Below are positions 61,351 through 64,000 of a stretch of DNA of 64,000 bases, in pieces. Position 1 is the first letter of the stretch; each line of letters begins with the position of its first letter. The stretch comes from Camelus ferus. Lineage: Eukaryota. Location: contig NC_045711.1 of assembly GCF_009834535.1 (NCBI RefSeq), positions 43,462,001-43,526,000 of the forward strand. Reading direction: 5' to 3'. Made by a program: the position numbers and the translations under genes. The notes beneath the pieces are model-generated. The model searched no databases. It was given only the letters and a program-made list of their open reading frames with translations, and was not told the origin of the DNA.

Positions 61351-61784
61351 CATTTTGGATTCCTTGACTAATAGGGTTCCTTCTTGCCAAGAATGTGACC
61401 ATCGCCCGTGAGTTCCCTGATAAGAAATGAAACCCCATGCAGTTTCCCCTTGCTCAAGCCCCTCCCCCCTCAGACTGGGACGCCGAGGGCTCTCACTTCT
61501 TCTCCACCTTTTATCTCAGCCTGTGGATTCCCTGGGGGGTTCCCTGCCACCTCAGATCGTAATCTCGGTTGCAGTTTTAGACACGTCAGCAAGTTTCGCC
61601 AGGCAGTGTGAGGGAGTATGAATGCTAATGCCTCCGTCTGGGGATTATGTTAATACATTATCCTGAACTGACACTTAAAAATTGCACATTTTAATTGGCT
61701 GCCTCTTCCTTTCCAAGTCCAGGATCGTATAGTGTTTAGTATGTGGGAGGGTGGAGGTTGCTGGCGAGATGCCCTTGGCTGGGT

Positions 61785-61940
61785 TGGAAGGATCGCTGGC
61801 CTGGGAGTCAGAAGTCCTGGATCTGGTTCCCAGGTGTGTGACCGGGGGCAGGTCCCTTCTCATGCCTGCGCCTCACTTCCTTCATCTGGAGTGTGATGAG
61901 GTAGGGCTTGGCAGCCCTGACGGCTCCTTCCAGCTCTCAC
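61785..61940 (+). mobile_element. MIR (MIR3-like)
   Basis: ggcctgggagtcagaagtcctggatctgg...tgtgtgacc...cctgacggctccttccagctct. Confidence 0.75.
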
Positions 61941-62699
61941 CTCCTGTGACTTTCGGACTGCCAGAGTCCCCCCAGGTTTCCTGCCTTCTTCCTATCATCT
62001 GTGCCCTGAATGCCAGGACTGACAGCCACACTATTTCTCTCCTGACTCTGGAACTGCTTTATGTTGGGGATACATTTTTCCTGCCTACTTAGTAGCTACC
62101 TGGCTCTTACCTTCCAGACCTCTCAGCCTGAGTCCAAACTCTACCCCAACTGGAGTTAAATATACTAAGGATGGAACTGTTTTAAGTCCCTTCCCTGAAT
62201 CCGTCCTTTCTCTGATGCCCGAAACAAGGTTTCTTGGGAAAATTGTTGAGTCTGTTCTGTCCTGGAATCTATGGCCAGTTAGTTGATAAATATGATCCTC
62301 TTTTTCCTCATTGAATACCTAATTGGTGACTTCTGGGGGTACACCCCTCTCCTTGATGTTGTCAGTGGCTGCCCGGGGCAGGTGTCCACCATCTCTCACC
62401 TGGAGCCTCCCAGACCCCCAGCACTACTCCTTTCTGGCTTGTCGCTGATGTTGCCCAAACCCCCTTATTTCCCTCTGCAACAGCCTGTCCCTCCTTCAAA
62501 CCCCACAACCTGGCCCCTAATCTCAAGGACCCACACCCAAACACCCTCACCATGGTCCATGTCTTGAAGTTATCTGCACACCTCCCCTCCTATTTCTGCC
62601 CAGAGTGATATAACTGAATGCTTGAATAAATATGAAACGTGGAGGCAGGAAGACATGAATTTTGACCCTGCCCTTACCACTATCTATTGTGTTCTTATG

Positions 62700-62840
62700 C
62701 TGTCCCTTTAATTTATGGAGGCTCGGTTCTCCTACATACAAAATGGGACAGATAGGTCTTCCCTTGCCTATCTGCCAGGGTGGTAGCAAGGATCATATGA
62801 GATGATGAACGTGCATAGGTTTATAAAGGATAATGTGCTG
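62700..62840 (+). mobile_element. MIR
   Basis: caaaatggga...cctatctgccagggtggtagcaaggatcatatgagatga. Confidence 0.6.
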
Positions 62841-62974
62841 TACATAGGAGAAGAGTTACTTGGGTGCTTCTCCAAATGTCTTCTCGGGGGCAGCTATATC
62901 AGGACTGACTGGGGATGGTAATAAAATGAATGTTCTGAGGCCTGGCCCAGAGCTACTGAACCAGACTCTCTGGT

Positions 62975-64000
62975 GGTAAGACCCAGTCTGATGCAAAAAT
63001 CCTCAACTGAATATTAGCAAATCTATATATAAAAAGGATGATACAACATGATCAAGTGAGATTTATTCCAGGGATGCAAGGATGGTTCAATATTCCCAAA
63101 TCAATTAATGTGATCTACACATTAACAAAAGGAAGGATAAAAATCACAAGATCATCTCAAAAGAAGCAGAAAAATCATTTGACAAAATTCAATACCCGCT
63201 CATGACATAAATTCTAATCAAAGTTGGTATAGAAGGAACATATCTCAACATAATAAAGTTCATTTCTGACAAACCCACAGCTAATTTCATACTCAACAAT
63301 GAAAAGCTAAAAGCTTNNNNNNNNNNNNNNNNNNNNNNNNNNNNNNNNNNNNNNNNNNNNNNNNNNNNNNNNNNNNNNNNNNNNNNNNNNNNNNNNNNNN
63401 NNNNNNNNNNNNNNNNNNNNNNNNNNNNNNNNNNNNNNNNNNNNNNNNNNNNCACTATTTGCAGATGACATGACACTATATATAAAAAACCCTAAAGTCT
63501 CCACTGAAAAACTATTTGAACTAATAAATGAATTCAGTAAAACTGCAGGATACAAGATTAATGTATAGAAATCTATTGTTTTTCTATACACTAATAATGA
63601 GCTATCAGAAAGAGAAATTAAGGAAACAATCCCACTTACAATCATATCAAAAAGAATAAAATACCTAGGAATGAACTTAACCAAGGAGGCGAAAGACCTA
63701 TGCTCTGAAAACTATAAACTATTGATAAAGGGACTTGACAATGATACAAAGAAATGGAAAGATATCCCACATTCTGGGGCTTGAAGGATAATGTTAAAAT
63801 GTCCATATACCCAAAACAATCTACAGATTTAATGCAATCCCTATCAAAATGCCCATGAGATATTTTTTCACCGAGCTAGGACAAATAATCCTAAAATTTA
63901 TATGGAATCGCAAAAGTCCCAGAACTGCCAGAGCAACTTTGAGAAAAAAGAACAAAGCTAAAGGTACCATGCTCCTTGCCTTCAGACTATACTATAGAGC
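62975..64000 (+). mobile_element. Dead L1 ORF2 reverse-transcriptase region, running off the window
   Basis: DAKILN*ILAN...[16 protein letters not shown]...AEKSFDKIQ...[14 protein letters not shown]...AGYKINV*KS...KYLGMNLTKE; premature stops present. Confidence 0.97.
63317..63452. other. Assembly gap (136 N) inside the L1 RT
   Basis: Run of N. Confidence 1.

Noticed and set aside
1-64000. Prokaryotic-type systems (CRISPR arrays, operons, defence islands)
   Set aside because: Sequence is mammalian repeat-rich DNA; no regularly spaced direct repeats or gene-dense ORFs

Overview
Mammalian genomic DNA, almost certainly camelid (alpaca/llama/camel). The evidence is a tRNA-Ala-derived Vic-1-type SINE with an 11-bp target-site duplication (55034-55175) and several short artiodactyl/camelid-type L1 3' tails. 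I recognise no known protein-coding gene, rRNA, functional tRNA or CRISPR array. The window reads as intergenic or deep-intronic sequence, very rich in ancient MIR and L2 fragments. It also carries old L1M pieces (one keeping its 5' end and ORF2 endonuclease remnant, one with a dead RT domain at the right edge), ERV1/ERVL/MaLR solo LTRs, hAT MITEs, an L3/CR1 remnant and three sized N-gaps. Nearly all listed ORFs are chance ORFs or repeat-derived. I found no convincing new biological system. The best leads are two unannotated spliced-transcript models (minus strand 19977-21533; plus strand 23594-24345 with GC/CCAAT/TATA-like promoter architecture), a perfect 4-unit heat-shock element (61097-61116) and an ETS-RFX-XBP1 motif cluster (15500-15566). 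All are hypotheses. Repeat family names come from my recall of consensus sequences; boundaries are approximate unless TSDs are quoted.
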